From contig JBFXJJ010000005.1 in assembly GCA_050175015.1 (NCBI GenBank), positions 1 to 64,000 of the forward strand: a stretch of 64,000 nt of DNA, in the 5' to 3' direction. The position numbers and the translations under genes are program-made. The number at the start of each line of letters is the position of its first letter. The stretch's first letter is position 1. The notes under the pieces were generated by a model. It did not search any database. It was not told the DNA's origin and was given only the letters and a program-made list of their open reading frames with translations. This stretch comes from Alphaproteobacteria bacterium (GTDB lineage: Bacteria; Pseudomonadota; Alphaproteobacteria; JBFXJJ01). Of this stretch, positions 31,697-41,174 are shown one piece after another.

Positions 31697-32161
31697 ATGC
31701 TGAGTAAAAAAATAACAACAAGTCAGGAAGACTATCTTGAAGCAATATTAGAGCTTTCTCAAATAAGTTATAATGTTCATTCTAAGGATATAGCAGATAT
31801 TTTAGGCGTTCATCGCTCCACCGTTACCGCATCATTAAAATCGCTTAGCAAAAAGAATTTAATCAATTATAGGCCGTACGAAGCGGTTACGCTGACTGCT
31901 GCCGGCGAAAAATTAGCTCAGAAAGTAACCAAAAGACATAAGATTTTATGCCATTTTCTTATTAATGTTTTGGGACTTAATTATGAAGATGCGGATAATT
32001 TTGCGTGTAAAATAGAACATTCTGTTTCGGAAGAAATTATAAGCAAGTTGGTTTTTTTAACAGATTTTTTAGAAAAATGTCCTTCTTGTGATGCTGATTT
32101 GATAGCGAATTTTAAAGATTTTTGCGTAGAAAAGGAAAAAAACAATGAACACAACGCTTAA
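31697..32161 (+). CDS. DtxR/MntR-family metal-dependent repressor
   Basis: EDYLEAI, helix-turn-helix, RH..L..FL, ACKIEH. Confidence 0.93.
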   Translation: MLSKKITTSQEDYLEAILELSQISYNVHSKDIADILGVHRSTVTASLKSLSKKNLINYRPYEAVTLTAAGEKLAQKVTKRHKILCHFLINVLGLNYEDADNFACKIEHSVSEEIISKLVFLTDFLEKCPSCDADLIANFKDFCVEKEKNNEHNA

Positions 32162-32378
32162 TAATCTCAAAATTGGTCAAAAGGCTAAAATACTTTCCTT
32201 GAAAGCCAATATTACCTTAAAGAAAAGATTTGTTGATATGGGTTTTACTAAGGGATCTTTAATTGAGGTAGAAAGACTAGCACCTCTTGGAGATCCTATT
32301 GAAGTAATTATCAAAGGCTATCATTTGTCATTAAGGAAAGAAGAAGCCGAAGGCATTGAAGTTGAGGTTGTAAGCTAA
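32145..32378 (+). CDS. feoA: Ferrous iron transport protein A
   Basis: RFVDMG, APLGDPI, LSLRKEEA. Confidence 0.93.
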   Translation: MNTTLNNLKIGQKAKILSLKANITLKKRFVDMGFTKGSLIEVERLAPLGDPIEVIIKGYHLSLRKEEAEGIEVEVVS

Positions 32379-32385
32379 GAAGAAA

Positions 32386-32637
32386 ATGCTTGATAACAAC
32401 AATATAAATGTGCCGCTGGCTTTAGCCACAGCAAGAAAAAAATATGAGGTTATTGAAATTCTAGCAGGGCAAAAGCTTAATTCGCTTTTACTTGGAGTTG
32501 GAATTATTCCTGGAGTAGAAATCGAACTTATCCAAAATTCATCGTATTTAAAAGATGGCATCATTGTGAAAGTTGGCAGGTCTCGTTTTGCTATGGGGAA
32601 GGGTATGGCTTTAAAAATTATGGTAAAAGAAGTTTAA
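32386..32637 (+). CDS. feoA: Second FeoA-domain protein
   Basis: GIIPG...SRFAMGKGMALKIMV. Confidence 0.85.
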   Translation: MLDNNNINVPLALATARKKYEVIEILAGQKLNSLLLGVGIIPGVEIELIQNSSYLKDGIIVKVGRSRFAMGKGMALKIMVKEV

Positions 32638-32661
32638 TTATAAAAAAATTTAAGGTGTTTA

Positions 32662-34755
32662 ATGAATATAACGATTGCTTTAGCGGGAAACCCTAATTCT
32701 GGAAAAACAACTATTTTTAATGCTTTAACTGGTGCAAGGCAGCACGTTGGCAACTATCCTGGTGTTACCGTCGAAAAAAAAGAAGGTGTTGCAACGCACA
32801 AAGGAGTTAAAGTCAAAGTTTTAGATATTCCTGGCATTTATACTTTAGCAGCACAGTCCCCTGAAGAAATTGTCGCTAGGGATTGTGTGCTGTATGAAAA
32901 GCCCGATTATATTGTAGATATTATAGATTCCTCGAATATTGAAAGAAATCTTTATCTTGCAATGCAGTTTATGGAAATGGGAGCTAAAACAATTTTAGCT
33001 TTTAATATGTCAGATGTTGCGAAAAACCAAGGAATTGTATTTGATATTGAAAAAATGCAGGAAGTTCTTGGCGTCCCTATTATTGAAACGGTCGGGTTTA
33101 GAAATAAAGGGACAGATACACTTTTAGATGTGGTTGTTGATTGTGCTAAAGGCGATAGAGGTGTTAAGCCTATTTCTATGAACTATGGTGAAGAAATTGA
33201 AAATGAAATTAGAAATATCGTTGATTTAATTCATAAAGCTAAAATCAAAATTCCTGAGAATATTCCAGTACGCTGGGTTGTTGTTAAACTAATGGAAGGT
33301 GATGATGGCATTTTAGAAAAATATTCTAATGAAGAAATTAGGAATTACATTGCTACGGTTAATGCTAAATTAGAAGAAACCAAGGGGTTCGGACTTGAAA
33401 TTATGGTTGCGGAAGCAAGGTATGGCTTTATTGCTGGGCTTTGCCGTCAGTGTGTCAAAACTTCTGTAGAATCAAGATACAGTTGTTCCGATAAAATAGA
33501 TTGTTTATTACTTAATCGTGTTTTGGGACTGCCAATATTTTTCATTCTAATGTACTTGGTGTTTAATCTTACATTTACGCTTGGCGAAGTTCCTATGAGT
33601 ATGATTGAGAGCGGATTTGAATGGCTTTCAGGATTTATATCATCTTTTTGGCCAGAGGGCTCTGACAGTGCTTTAAAATCTTTGTTAGTTGATGGGGTTA
33701 TTGGCGGAGTTGGAGGCGTTGTTGTTTTCCTGCCTAATATTTTGTTCTTGTTCTTGGCTATTGCTATATTGGAAGATACAGGATATATGGCAAGAGTTGC
33801 CTTTCTTATGGATAAAATTATGCATAAAATAGGTCTGCACGGCAAAAGCTTTATTCCGATGTTAATTGGTTTTGGGTGTACCGTTCCCGCAATTATGGCA
33901 ACAAGGGTTCTCGATAATAAAAGAGACCGTTTTACCACAATTTTAATTGCACCGCTTATGAGCTGTGGAGCAAGACTTCCGATATATGTCTTGTTAATAC
34001 CAGCATTTTTTCCTGAACATATGCAAGGGACAATACTTTGGCTTATATATATGGTTGGTATAATGATAGCCATTGTTTTTGCTAAAGTTTTAAGAAAAAC
34101 ATTGTTCAAAGGAAAGGCTATGCCTTTTGTTATGGAGCTTCCACCATATCGTTTTCCAACACTTAAAAGCATTTTGCTCAAAATGTGGGAGAGGGCAGTT
34201 ATTTATTTAAAAAAAGCAGGTACCATTATTCTTGCAATATCCGTTATTTTATGGGCGATGTCATCTTATCCTAAGAAAAAAGTTTATTCTGAAGAATATT
34301 ACGCTTTGCAAAGTGTTTCCGAAGAAGCTGCGGAGCAGTTAAAAGTTACGGAAGATTTAGAATATTCTATTGCTGGAAGAGTGGGACGTTTCATTGAACC
34401 CGCGATTAAACCTCTAGGTTTTGACTGGAAAATAGGGACGGCTTTAATTGGCGCTTTTGCGGCAAAAGAGGTCTTTGTATCTCAGATAGGAATTGTTTAC
34501 TCAATCGGCGATGCTGATGAAGAATCAGATGCGTTAAGAAACCGCTTAAAGAAAGATTATACGCCGCTTCAAGCTCTTTGTATTATCTTGTTTTGCTTAA
34601 TATCGGCGCCTTGTTTTGCTACGATTGCGATAACTAAGAGGGAAACAGCATCTTGGAAATGGGCCTTCTTCCAACTAGGAAGTTTGACGCTAATTGCTTA
34701 TGCCTTTGTTTTAGTCGTATTTCAAACAGGTCGTATTCTAGGGCTTGGTATATAG
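32662..34755 (+). CDS. feoB: Ferrous iron transporter B
   Basis: GNPNSGKT, VGNYPGVTVE, DIPG, GFGCTVPA, MSCGARLP. Confidence 0.97.
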   Translation: MNITIALAGNPNSGKTTIFNALTGARQHVGNYPGVTVEKKEGVATHKGVKVKVLDIPGIYTLAAQSPEEIVARDCVLYEKPDYIVDIIDSSNIERNLYLAMQFMEMGAKTILAFNMSDVAKNQGIVFDIEKMQEVLGVPIIETVGFRNKGTDTLLDVVVDCAKGDRGVKPISMNYGEEIENEIRNIVDLIHKAKIKIPENIPVRWVVVKLMEGDDGILEKYSNEEIRNYIATVNAKLEETKGFGLEIMVAEARYGFIAGLCRQCVKTSVESRYSCSDKIDCLLLNRVLGLPIFFILMYLVFNLTFTLGEVPMSMIESGFEWLSGFISSFWPEGSDSALKSLLVDGVIGGVGGVVVFLPNILFLFLAIAILEDTGYMARVAFLMDKIMHKIGLHGKSFIPMLIGFGCTVPAIMATRVLDNKRDRFTTILIAPLMSCGARLPIYVLLIPAFFPEHMQGTILWLIYMVGIMIAIVFAKVLRKTLFKGKAMPFVMELPPYRFPTLKSILLKMWERAVIYLKKAGTIILAISVILWAMSSYPKKKVYSEEYYALQSVSEEAAEQLKVTEDLEYSIAGRVGRFIEPAIKPLGFDWKIGTALIGAFAAKEVFVSQIGIVYSIGDADEESDALRNRLKKDYTPLQALCIILFCLISAPCFATIAITKRETASWKWAFFQLGSLTLIAYAFVLVVFQTGRILGLGI

Positions 34756-34805
34756 CAGCCTAAAGTTTTAATTAAAAAAGTAAGGTATTAAGGAATAAGT
34801 GATAA

Positions 34806-34976
34806 TTGATTGAAAATATAATTATTTTTGTTGTTATTGGAATTGCATTATATTATGTAATTAAAACGTTTAAAAAAGCACTTTCGGAAAAAAGTCAAGG
34901 TTGCTTGTCGTGCTGTTTTGATAAAAATAAATTAAAATGCAATGGCTTATGCGGCAAAATTAAACGAAAAGATTAA
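34806..34976 (+). CDS. FeoB-associated Cys-rich small membrane protein (56 aa, not in the ORF track)
   Basis: TTG start; MIENIIIFVVIGIALYYVIKTFKKALSEKSQGCLSCCFDKNKLKCNGLCGKIKRKD; directly after feoB. Confidence 0.8.
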   Translation: MIENIIIFVVIGIALYYVIKTFKKALSEKSQGCLSCCFDKNKLKCNGLCGKIKRKD

Positions 34977-34999
34977 TAACAGAAAATAAGGAGGGGACC

Positions 35000-36502
35000 T
35001 TGAACGATGGCATATGTTTTAATGATTTAATTAAATCAGGTTATCATAAAGCCCCTTCTTTTATTAGCCAGTATCATATTGATGCGGTTGACTTATTAAA
35101 AGAATTAATCAGATATAAGTCGGTTACTCCAGATTATTCAGATGCTCAAAAACTCTTGGCTGAAGAACTTTCAAAACTAGGTTTTGAGGTGGATATTTTT
35201 GAATGTTTTGATGAAAGTACCCCAGAGAATTTAAAAGTATACAATCTCTTTGCTAAGCTTGGAGATGGGAGACCATCGTTTCTTTTTTGTGGGCATAGCG
35301 ACGTTGTTCCAACGGGAAGCGGCTGGGAATTTGATCCTTTTGGCGGTGAAGTTATAGGTGACTATGTTTGCGGCAGAGGTTCCGAAGATATGAAAAGCGG
35401 TATAGCTTGTTTTTTGGCGGCCTTATCTCAATTTGTTAATAAACATCAAGATTTAAAAGGGCAAATTGCGATTTTAATTTCTGGGGCAGAAGAAAACCAT
35501 TCTCATAATGGCGTTAATTCTTTTGCTAAGTACTTAAAATCACGCAATATTTCTTTTGATGTTTGTCTAACTGGTGAGCCGACAAGTACCAAAGTTGTTG
35601 GTGACACTTACAAACCAGGTCGAAGGGGTAATATTGACTTTTCATTAAAACTAAATGGTGATTTGAATGCCTTTATTCCTGTAGTTATGAATTTATGCCA
35701 AACGCCGCTTGATAATGGCGAACTTGGTTTCCCTCCTTCTGATATTGTGCCTGTTGGAATAGATTTTTTTCATAATATAACAGGGAAAGAGGAAAAGGAG
35801 TTTGTGAAACTTACGATAACAGGGAGTCAGGGGCATTCTGCCTACAGTTATTTAGCTCTTAATCCTATTGGCGTTTTCCTAAATCTCTTAGATGAATTTG
35901 AGAAATATAATATTAATGTTGAGGTTGCCAAAGTTCTTTCAAACTTTTTAGCGGTTAATATTATTCCTCCTGTAGCAGAGGTAATCTTAGCTATTGAGAA
36001 AAATGATTATCAAAAAGCTTATGACAATATTTTATCAAAAGCTGAGCATATCGAGATGTTCAAGACCTATAATGTAGAAAAAGATGATGAAAAAGCTGAA
36101 ATTTTTGTAAATTTTAGATTTGGAGCTAAGTGGAATTTTACTACGCTTAAGAATGAAGTTGAAACAAGGATAAAAACGGCTCTAAATGGTTTTAATGCCG
36201 CCACTGAAAATTGCTATAAAGGGTTGGCAGACAGTTATGCGTCTAAGGGTGATAAGACTGCCAATTTGCTTGCGAAAATACTGAAAGATGAATTTAATCT
36301 TGAAACTAAAGCCAATTTTGGCGGCGGTACATCCGACACAAGGCATCTAGTTAGAGAAGGGGTATGTATCGAGGCTATGGATTTAGGTGTTTTGTCGCAG
36401 ACGATGCATAAAGTTAATGAAAAGACTTCGGTTGAGGGCATAAAAAAATTAGCAGTGATTTATGAAAAACTTATAGAAAACTTTTTTAATGTAAGGTCTT
36501 AA
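35000..36502 (+). CDS. dapE: DapE-like M20 metallopeptidase with a duplicated dimerisation domain
   Basis: GHSDVVP, GRGSEDMK, GAEE, GEPT, GRRG, GGTSD, MHKVNE; 500 aa versus ~375-380 for typical DapE. Confidence 0.75.
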   Translation: MNDGICFNDLIKSGYHKAPSFISQYHIDAVDLLKELIRYKSVTPDYSDAQKLLAEELSKLGFEVDIFECFDESTPENLKVYNLFAKLGDGRPSFLFCGHSDVVPTGSGWEFDPFGGEVIGDYVCGRGSEDMKSGIACFLAALSQFVNKHQDLKGQIAILISGAEENHSHNGVNSFAKYLKSRNISFDVCLTGEPTSTKVVGDTYKPGRRGNIDFSLKLNGDLNAFIPVVMNLCQTPLDNGELGFPPSDIVPVGIDFFHNITGKEEKEFVKLTITGSQGHSAYSYLALNPIGVFLNLLDEFEKYNINVEVAKVLSNFLAVNIIPPVAEVILAIEKNDYQKAYDNILSKAEHIEMFKTYNVEKDDEKAEIFVNFRFGAKWNFTTLKNEVETRIKTALNGFNAATENCYKGLADSYASKGDKTANLLAKILKDEFNLETKANFGGGTSDTRHLVREGVCIEAMDLGVLSQTMHKVNEKTSVEGIKKLAVIYEKLIENFFNVRS

Positions 36503-36504
36503 AA

Positions 36505-37527
36505 TTGAGAAAAATAACAGCAATAGTAATATTTCTTATGGGAATATGGGGGCTTTATTCTTTTAATAATAACCAAGAATTTAAAGTTTTTAAAGGCAGT
36601 GCTATAGGAACTTATTATTCCATTAAAATTGCAGATGAAATTAATACTAAACAGATAAATGATGTGATTTTAAGCGAGATAGATAATGTAAACAATAAAA
36701 TGTCTTGCTTTAAAACCACGTCAGAATTGTCAAATTTTAATAATCTTGTCCCTAACGAATGGTTTAAAGTTTCTGATGATTTATTTGAGGTATTGTTAAA
36801 GGCAAGAGATGTTTTTGAATCTTCTAATGGCGCTTTTGATGTAACGGTTGGTGATTTAGTAGATCTTTGGGGATTTGGAACCAAAAATAAGGGCAGGGTA
36901 GATATTCCGTCATCGCAAGAAATTGCGGCTGCCAAAAAAACGGTTGGTTTTAATTTAATCGATTTTGATAGTGGAAATAAATCAATCAGAAAAAAAGCAA
37001 ACAGCAAAATCAACTTATCGGCAATAGCAAAAGGTGATTTAGTAGATAAGATTGCGCTTCATTTTGATAACTTAAAAATTAATAACTATATTGTTGAAAT
37101 AGGCGGCGAAACCAAAGTAAAAGGTTATCGTAATCCTAAAAATAAAGAGAAGTGGCGGATAGGCATCGAAAAACCAGATGCCAATCAAGAAGGCATATTA
37201 AGAATAGTTGCAATGCACAATATGTCAGTTGCTACATCTGGTGATTATCGCAATTTCTTTGATTATAACGGCAAACGCTATTCTCATACGATTAATCCCA
37301 AAACAGGGTTTCCCGTTACGCATAATATTGTTTCGGCAAGTGTTTTTAATGAGAGTTGTATGACAGCTGATGCCTACGCCACAGCTATTCTAGCCTTAGG
37401 CAAAGACGATGCTTTAAAATGGATTGCAGATAATAAGATTCCTGTTATTTTATATTTTGCTGAAGAAAATGATAAATTTGAAGAATATGTTTCAGATAAA
37501 GCTAAGGAAATTTTAAATGAATTGTGA
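36505..37527 (+). CDS. apbE: FAD:protein FMN transferase
   Basis: SAIAKG, EIGGE, ATSGDYR, SHTINPKTG, ADAYATA. Confidence 0.94.
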   Translation: MRKITAIVIFLMGIWGLYSFNNNQEFKVFKGSAIGTYYSIKIADEINTKQINDVILSEIDNVNNKMSCFKTTSELSNFNNLVPNEWFKVSDDLFEVLLKARDVFESSNGAFDVTVGDLVDLWGFGTKNKGRVDIPSSQEIAAAKKTVGFNLIDFDSGNKSIRKKANSKINLSAIAKGDLVDKIALHFDNLKINNYIVEIGGETKVKGYRNPKNKEKWRIGIEKPDANQEGILRIVAMHNMSVATSGDYRNFFDYNGKRYSHTINPKTGFPVTHNIVSASVFNESCMTADAYATAILALGKDDALKWIADNKIPVILYFAEENDKFEEYVSDKAKEILNEL

Positions 37528-37930
37528 TTTTTTCAGGCAGGAAGGGGTTGTTTCTGCTATTGATGACAATAACATAAGTATTAGCATTAGCGTTTGTTCA
37601 GGATGCCATGCTAGTGGAAATTGTGCGATGAAGCATTCTAGTGAAAGAATAATACAAGCGGCACAAAATCCAAAGTATAAAGAACTAAAAATAGGCTCGA
37701 AAGTTTTGGTATCCGTTGATAAAAAATTTGGAATTAAATCAATTTATTATTGTTATATAATTCCATTTTTTGTGCTTATTACTTCATTAGTTGCGGGATA
37801 TTCTGTTTTAGAAAATGAACTTTTATCGGTAATACTGTCTATCTTGGCATTAGTTGGTTATTATTTTTTTCTTTATTTTTATAGCAAAACAAAAGCAAAT
37901 AATCCTAATTTCATTATTGAAATTCTCTGA
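37517..37930 (+). CDS. rseC: RseC/MucC family protein
   Basis: CSGCH...C followed by two TM helices; precedes rnfB. Confidence 0.85.
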   Translation: MNCDFFRQEGVVSAIDDNNISISISVCSGCHASGNCAMKHSSERIIQAAQNPKYKELKIGSKVLVSVDKKFGIKSIYYCYIIPFFVLITSLVAGYSVLENELLSVILSILALVGYYFFLYFYSKTKANNPNFIIEIL

Positions 37931-37984
37931 TTATAGCTATATGTTAACCCTAGTTTTAATTTTTAAATTTTGTTGGAATAAAAT

Positions 37985-38851
37985 ATGAGCCCAATTTTAA
38001 ATTCCATTTTGGTTTTAAGCGGCAGTGGTATCTTAATTGCTGCTGTTTTGTACTTGGTGGCAAAAAAGTTTAAAGTTTATGAAGATCCTAGAATAGATGA
38101 AGTTGAGAAAATTTTGCCTGGAGCAAATTGTGGAGCTTGTGGATCGGCTGGATGCCATGCTTTTGCGGAACGTTTAGTCGGTTCTGATGAAGAAAATTTT
38201 GCTAAATGTTTTTGTCCTGTAGGTGGCAATAATACTATGAAAACCGTTGCTTCATATCTTGGTTTTGCCGCTTCAGATAAGGAAAAAACTATCGCTGTTT
38301 TAAGATGTAATGGTTCTAAGAAAAATGCTCCTCAAAAAGTAAAATATGAAGGAACCAAAAGTTGCCGCTTAGCTCATATGACGTTTGCTGGTGAAAGCGG
38401 TTGTCCTTATGGCTGTCTAGGTTTTGGTGATTGTGTAGAAGTTTGTAAATTTGGAGCTCTAAGTATTGATGAAGAAACGGGGCTTCCTGTTGTTGACGAA
38501 GAAAAGTGTACTTCTTGTGGAGCCTGTGTTGCTAAATGTCCTAGAAACCTTTTTGAAATAAGACCTGCGGGCAAAAACAACAAAAGAATTTATGTCGCTT
38601 GTATGAATCAAGAAAAAGGAGCAACTGCAAGAAAGAATTGTGTGGCCGCTTGTATTGGCTGTGGCAAATGCTCTAAGGTTTATGAAACAGATGCGATTGT
38701 AGTTAATAATAATCTTTCTTATATTAGCCCCAAGGTTGATATTGAGAATTATGGTTCTCAAATTGTTGGCTGTTGTCCTACGGGTGCTATTATCGGGGTT
38801 GGGATTGCATCTGAAAAAACAGAAAAAATTATAAAAGATAAGGAAGTTTAG
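37985..38851 (+). CDS. rnfB: Rnf complex subunit B
   Basis: LPGANCGACG..GC plus ferredoxin motifs. Confidence 0.93.
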   Translation: MSPILNSILVLSGSGILIAAVLYLVAKKFKVYEDPRIDEVEKILPGANCGACGSAGCHAFAERLVGSDEENFAKCFCPVGGNNTMKTVASYLGFAASDKEKTIAVLRCNGSKKNAPQKVKYEGTKSCRLAHMTFAGESGCPYGCLGFGDCVEVCKFGALSIDEETGLPVVDEEKCTSCGACVAKCPRNLFEIRPAGKNNKRIYVACMNQEKGATARKNCVAACIGCGKCSKVYETDAIVVNNNLSYISPKVDIENYGSQIVGCCPTGAIIGVGIASEKTEKIIKDKEV

Positions 38852-38853
38852 AT

Positions 38854-40185
38854 ATGGTAAAAACTTTTGCTGTAGGGGGGATTCATCCTCATGATAATAA
38901 GCTTTCAAACAAAGTTGAAATATATCCGGTTCCGATTCCTAAAGTAGTTTATGTGCCGTTATCTCAACACTTAGGTGCGCCGGCAAAAGCTATTGTAAAT
39001 AAGGGCGATGAAGTAAAAGTTGGAACCTTAATTGCCGAAAGCTCTTCTTTTATCTCTGCCAATATTCATTCTCCTGTTTCTGGGAAAGTTTCTAAAGTAG
39101 ATAAAGTTTTGGGTTCCTCAGGTTATCTTGAAGATATGATTGTTATTAATGTTGAGGGTGATGTTTGGGAAGATGAAATTGATCGTTCTAAAGATTTGAT
39201 TTCCGATATTAAAATGTCATCAAAGGATATTATTAGTAAAATTAAGGAAAAAGGTATTGTTGGTATGGGAGGAGCAGGTTTTCCAACTCATGTCAAAATT
39301 TCTGTTCCTGATGGTAAAAAAGCAGAATATTTGCTAATTAATGGTGTGGAATGTGAACCATATTTAACCTCTGATCACAGATTGATGCTTGAAAAAAGCG
39401 AAGAAATTATGGTTGGAATAAAAATTCTTATGAAAGCTTTAAACGTCGACACGGCAGTAATAGGCATTGAAGCGAACAAGCCAGATGCAATTGCAAAATT
39501 AAGAGACGTTTCTAAGAAATATGATGGAATAAAGATTCAGCCTCTTAAAGTTAAATATCCGCAGGGCGGAGAAAAACAGCTTATCGCTGCGGCTCTAAAA
39601 AGAGAAGTTCCTTCTAAAGGACTGCCGATTGATGTTGGTGTTATTGTTCAAAACGTTGGAACCGTTTTTGCGGTTTATGAAGCTGTTCAAAAAAACAAAC
39701 CATTAATAGAAAGAATTGTGACCGTTAGTGGTAAATGTCTTAAGGAACCGTCTAATTTCTTGTCAAGAATAGGTGTTCCGTTCGGAATCTTAATTGATAT
39801 GGCAGGAGGAGTGCCAGAAAATACGGCAAAATTAATTAATGGTGGCCCTATGATGGGCAAAACTATGGTTTCTGATGAAATACCTGTTACCAAAACCTGC
39901 TCAGGTCTTTTGTTAATATCAGAGAAAGATGCCGTAAGAGATGAAGAAACTCCTTGTATAAGATGCGGCCGTTGTTCAGAAGCATGTCCTGCTGGGCTTG
40001 AACCATTTATGATTGCGAGTGTTTCTAAAATTGGTGATTGGGAAAGACAGAGAGAAAATCACGTCTTCGACTGTATTGAATGCGGTTCGTGTACTCATGT
40101 TTGTCCTGCAAAAATACCTCTTCTTGATTACTGCCGTTTGGCTAAAGCTGAACTGCGCAAGATTGATGCTAAAAAAAGGAGTTAA
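38854..40185 (+). CDS. rnfC: Rnf complex subunit C
   Basis: GMGGAGFPT, ECEPYLTSD, YPQGGEK, two 4Fe-4S motifs. Confidence 0.96.
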   Translation: MVKTFAVGGIHPHDNKLSNKVEIYPVPIPKVVYVPLSQHLGAPAKAIVNKGDEVKVGTLIAESSSFISANIHSPVSGKVSKVDKVLGSSGYLEDMIVINVEGDVWEDEIDRSKDLISDIKMSSKDIISKIKEKGIVGMGGAGFPTHVKISVPDGKKAEYLLINGVECEPYLTSDHRLMLEKSEEIMVGIKILMKALNVDTAVIGIEANKPDAIAKLRDVSKKYDGIKIQPLKVKYPQGGEKQLIAAALKREVPSKGLPIDVGVIVQNVGTVFAVYEAVQKNKPLIERIVTVSGKCLKEPSNFLSRIGVPFGILIDMAGGVPENTAKLINGGPMMGKTMVSDEIPVTKTCSGLLLISEKDAVRDEETPCIRCGRCSEACPAGLEPFMIASVSKIGDWERQRENHVFDCIECGSCTHVCPAKIPLLDYCRLAKAELRKIDAKKRS

Positions 40186-40190
40186 ATTTC

Positions 40191-41171
40191 GTGTTTATAG
40201 TTTCAACTTCACCACATATTAAATCAGATGTTTCAACTTCTAAAATTATGTTCGGAGTAGTTATTGCTCTTATTCCAGCTATAATTGCCGCACTCGCTTT
40301 CTTTGGTATGGGTGCTGTCAAAGTTATTGTTGTATCTGTTTTGTCTTGCGTTATTTTTGAATATCTCATTCAAAAAATGTTGTTCAAGCAAGAAAATATA
40401 AGTATTAAAGATGGCTCAGCTATCATTTCAGGTCTTCTTTTGGCTTTTAACCTGCCTGCAATAGTTCCTTTATGGACAGTTGTTGTTGGGGCATTGGTTA
40501 CAATTGGGGTTGCTAAAATGTCATTTGGCGGCCTTGGAAAAAACCCATTTAATCCAGCAATTGTTGGACGTTTGTTTTTGATGATTTCTTTTCCATCATA
40601 TATGTCAACATGGGGAGTCCCAAGACTTTTGGATTTTTCTAATACGGATGCTCAAACAGGAGCCACCACACTTGGTGTGATTAAAGAAGCTGTCGCTAAT
40701 GGTCAGTCTTTAACAGACGTTAACCTGCCTTCCTATTGGGATTTGTTCGTTGGACAAATTGGAGGTTCTTTAGGAGAGGTCTCTGCTTTAGCTCTGCTTT
40801 TAGGCGGAATATATATGCTGATTAGAAAAATAATTTCTTGGCATATCCCTGTGGCATATTTAGGCACCGTTGCCTTTATTTCATTGCTTCTTTGGTATTA
40901 TGATCCGACTAAATTTGCAGATCCTATAGTTCATCTGATTTCTGGTGGTGTCATGCTTGGAGCCATATTTATGGCAACCGATTATGCTACTTCGCCAATG
41001 TATAGCAAAGGTAAAATTGTATTTGGAATTGGCTGTGGCTTACTTACGATTTCAATTAGAAATTTTGGGGCATATCCTGAAGGTGTTGCTTTTTCTATTT
41101 TAATTATGAACTCTTTCGTGCCTTTGATTAATAATTATTTTAAACCAAGAGTTTTCGGAACTAAGGGGTAA
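40191..41171 (+). CDS. rnfD: Rnf complex subunit D
   Basis: FGGLGKNPFNPA, FMN site TGAT, FMATD. Confidence 0.95.
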   Translation: MFIVSTSPHIKSDVSTSKIMFGVVIALIPAIIAALAFFGMGAVKVIVVSVLSCVIFEYLIQKMLFKQENISIKDGSAIISGLLLAFNLPAIVPLWTVVVGALVTIGVAKMSFGGLGKNPFNPAIVGRLFLMISFPSYMSTWGVPRLLDFSNTDAQTGATTLGVIKEAVANGQSLTDVNLPSYWDLFVGQIGGSLGEVSALALLLGGIYMLIRKIISWHIPVAYLGTVAFISLLLWYYDPTKFADPIVHLISGGVMLGAIFMATDYATSPMYSKGKIVFGIGCGLLTISIRNFGAYPEGVAFSILIMNSFVPLINNYFKPRVFGTKG

Positions 41172-41174
41172 ATT

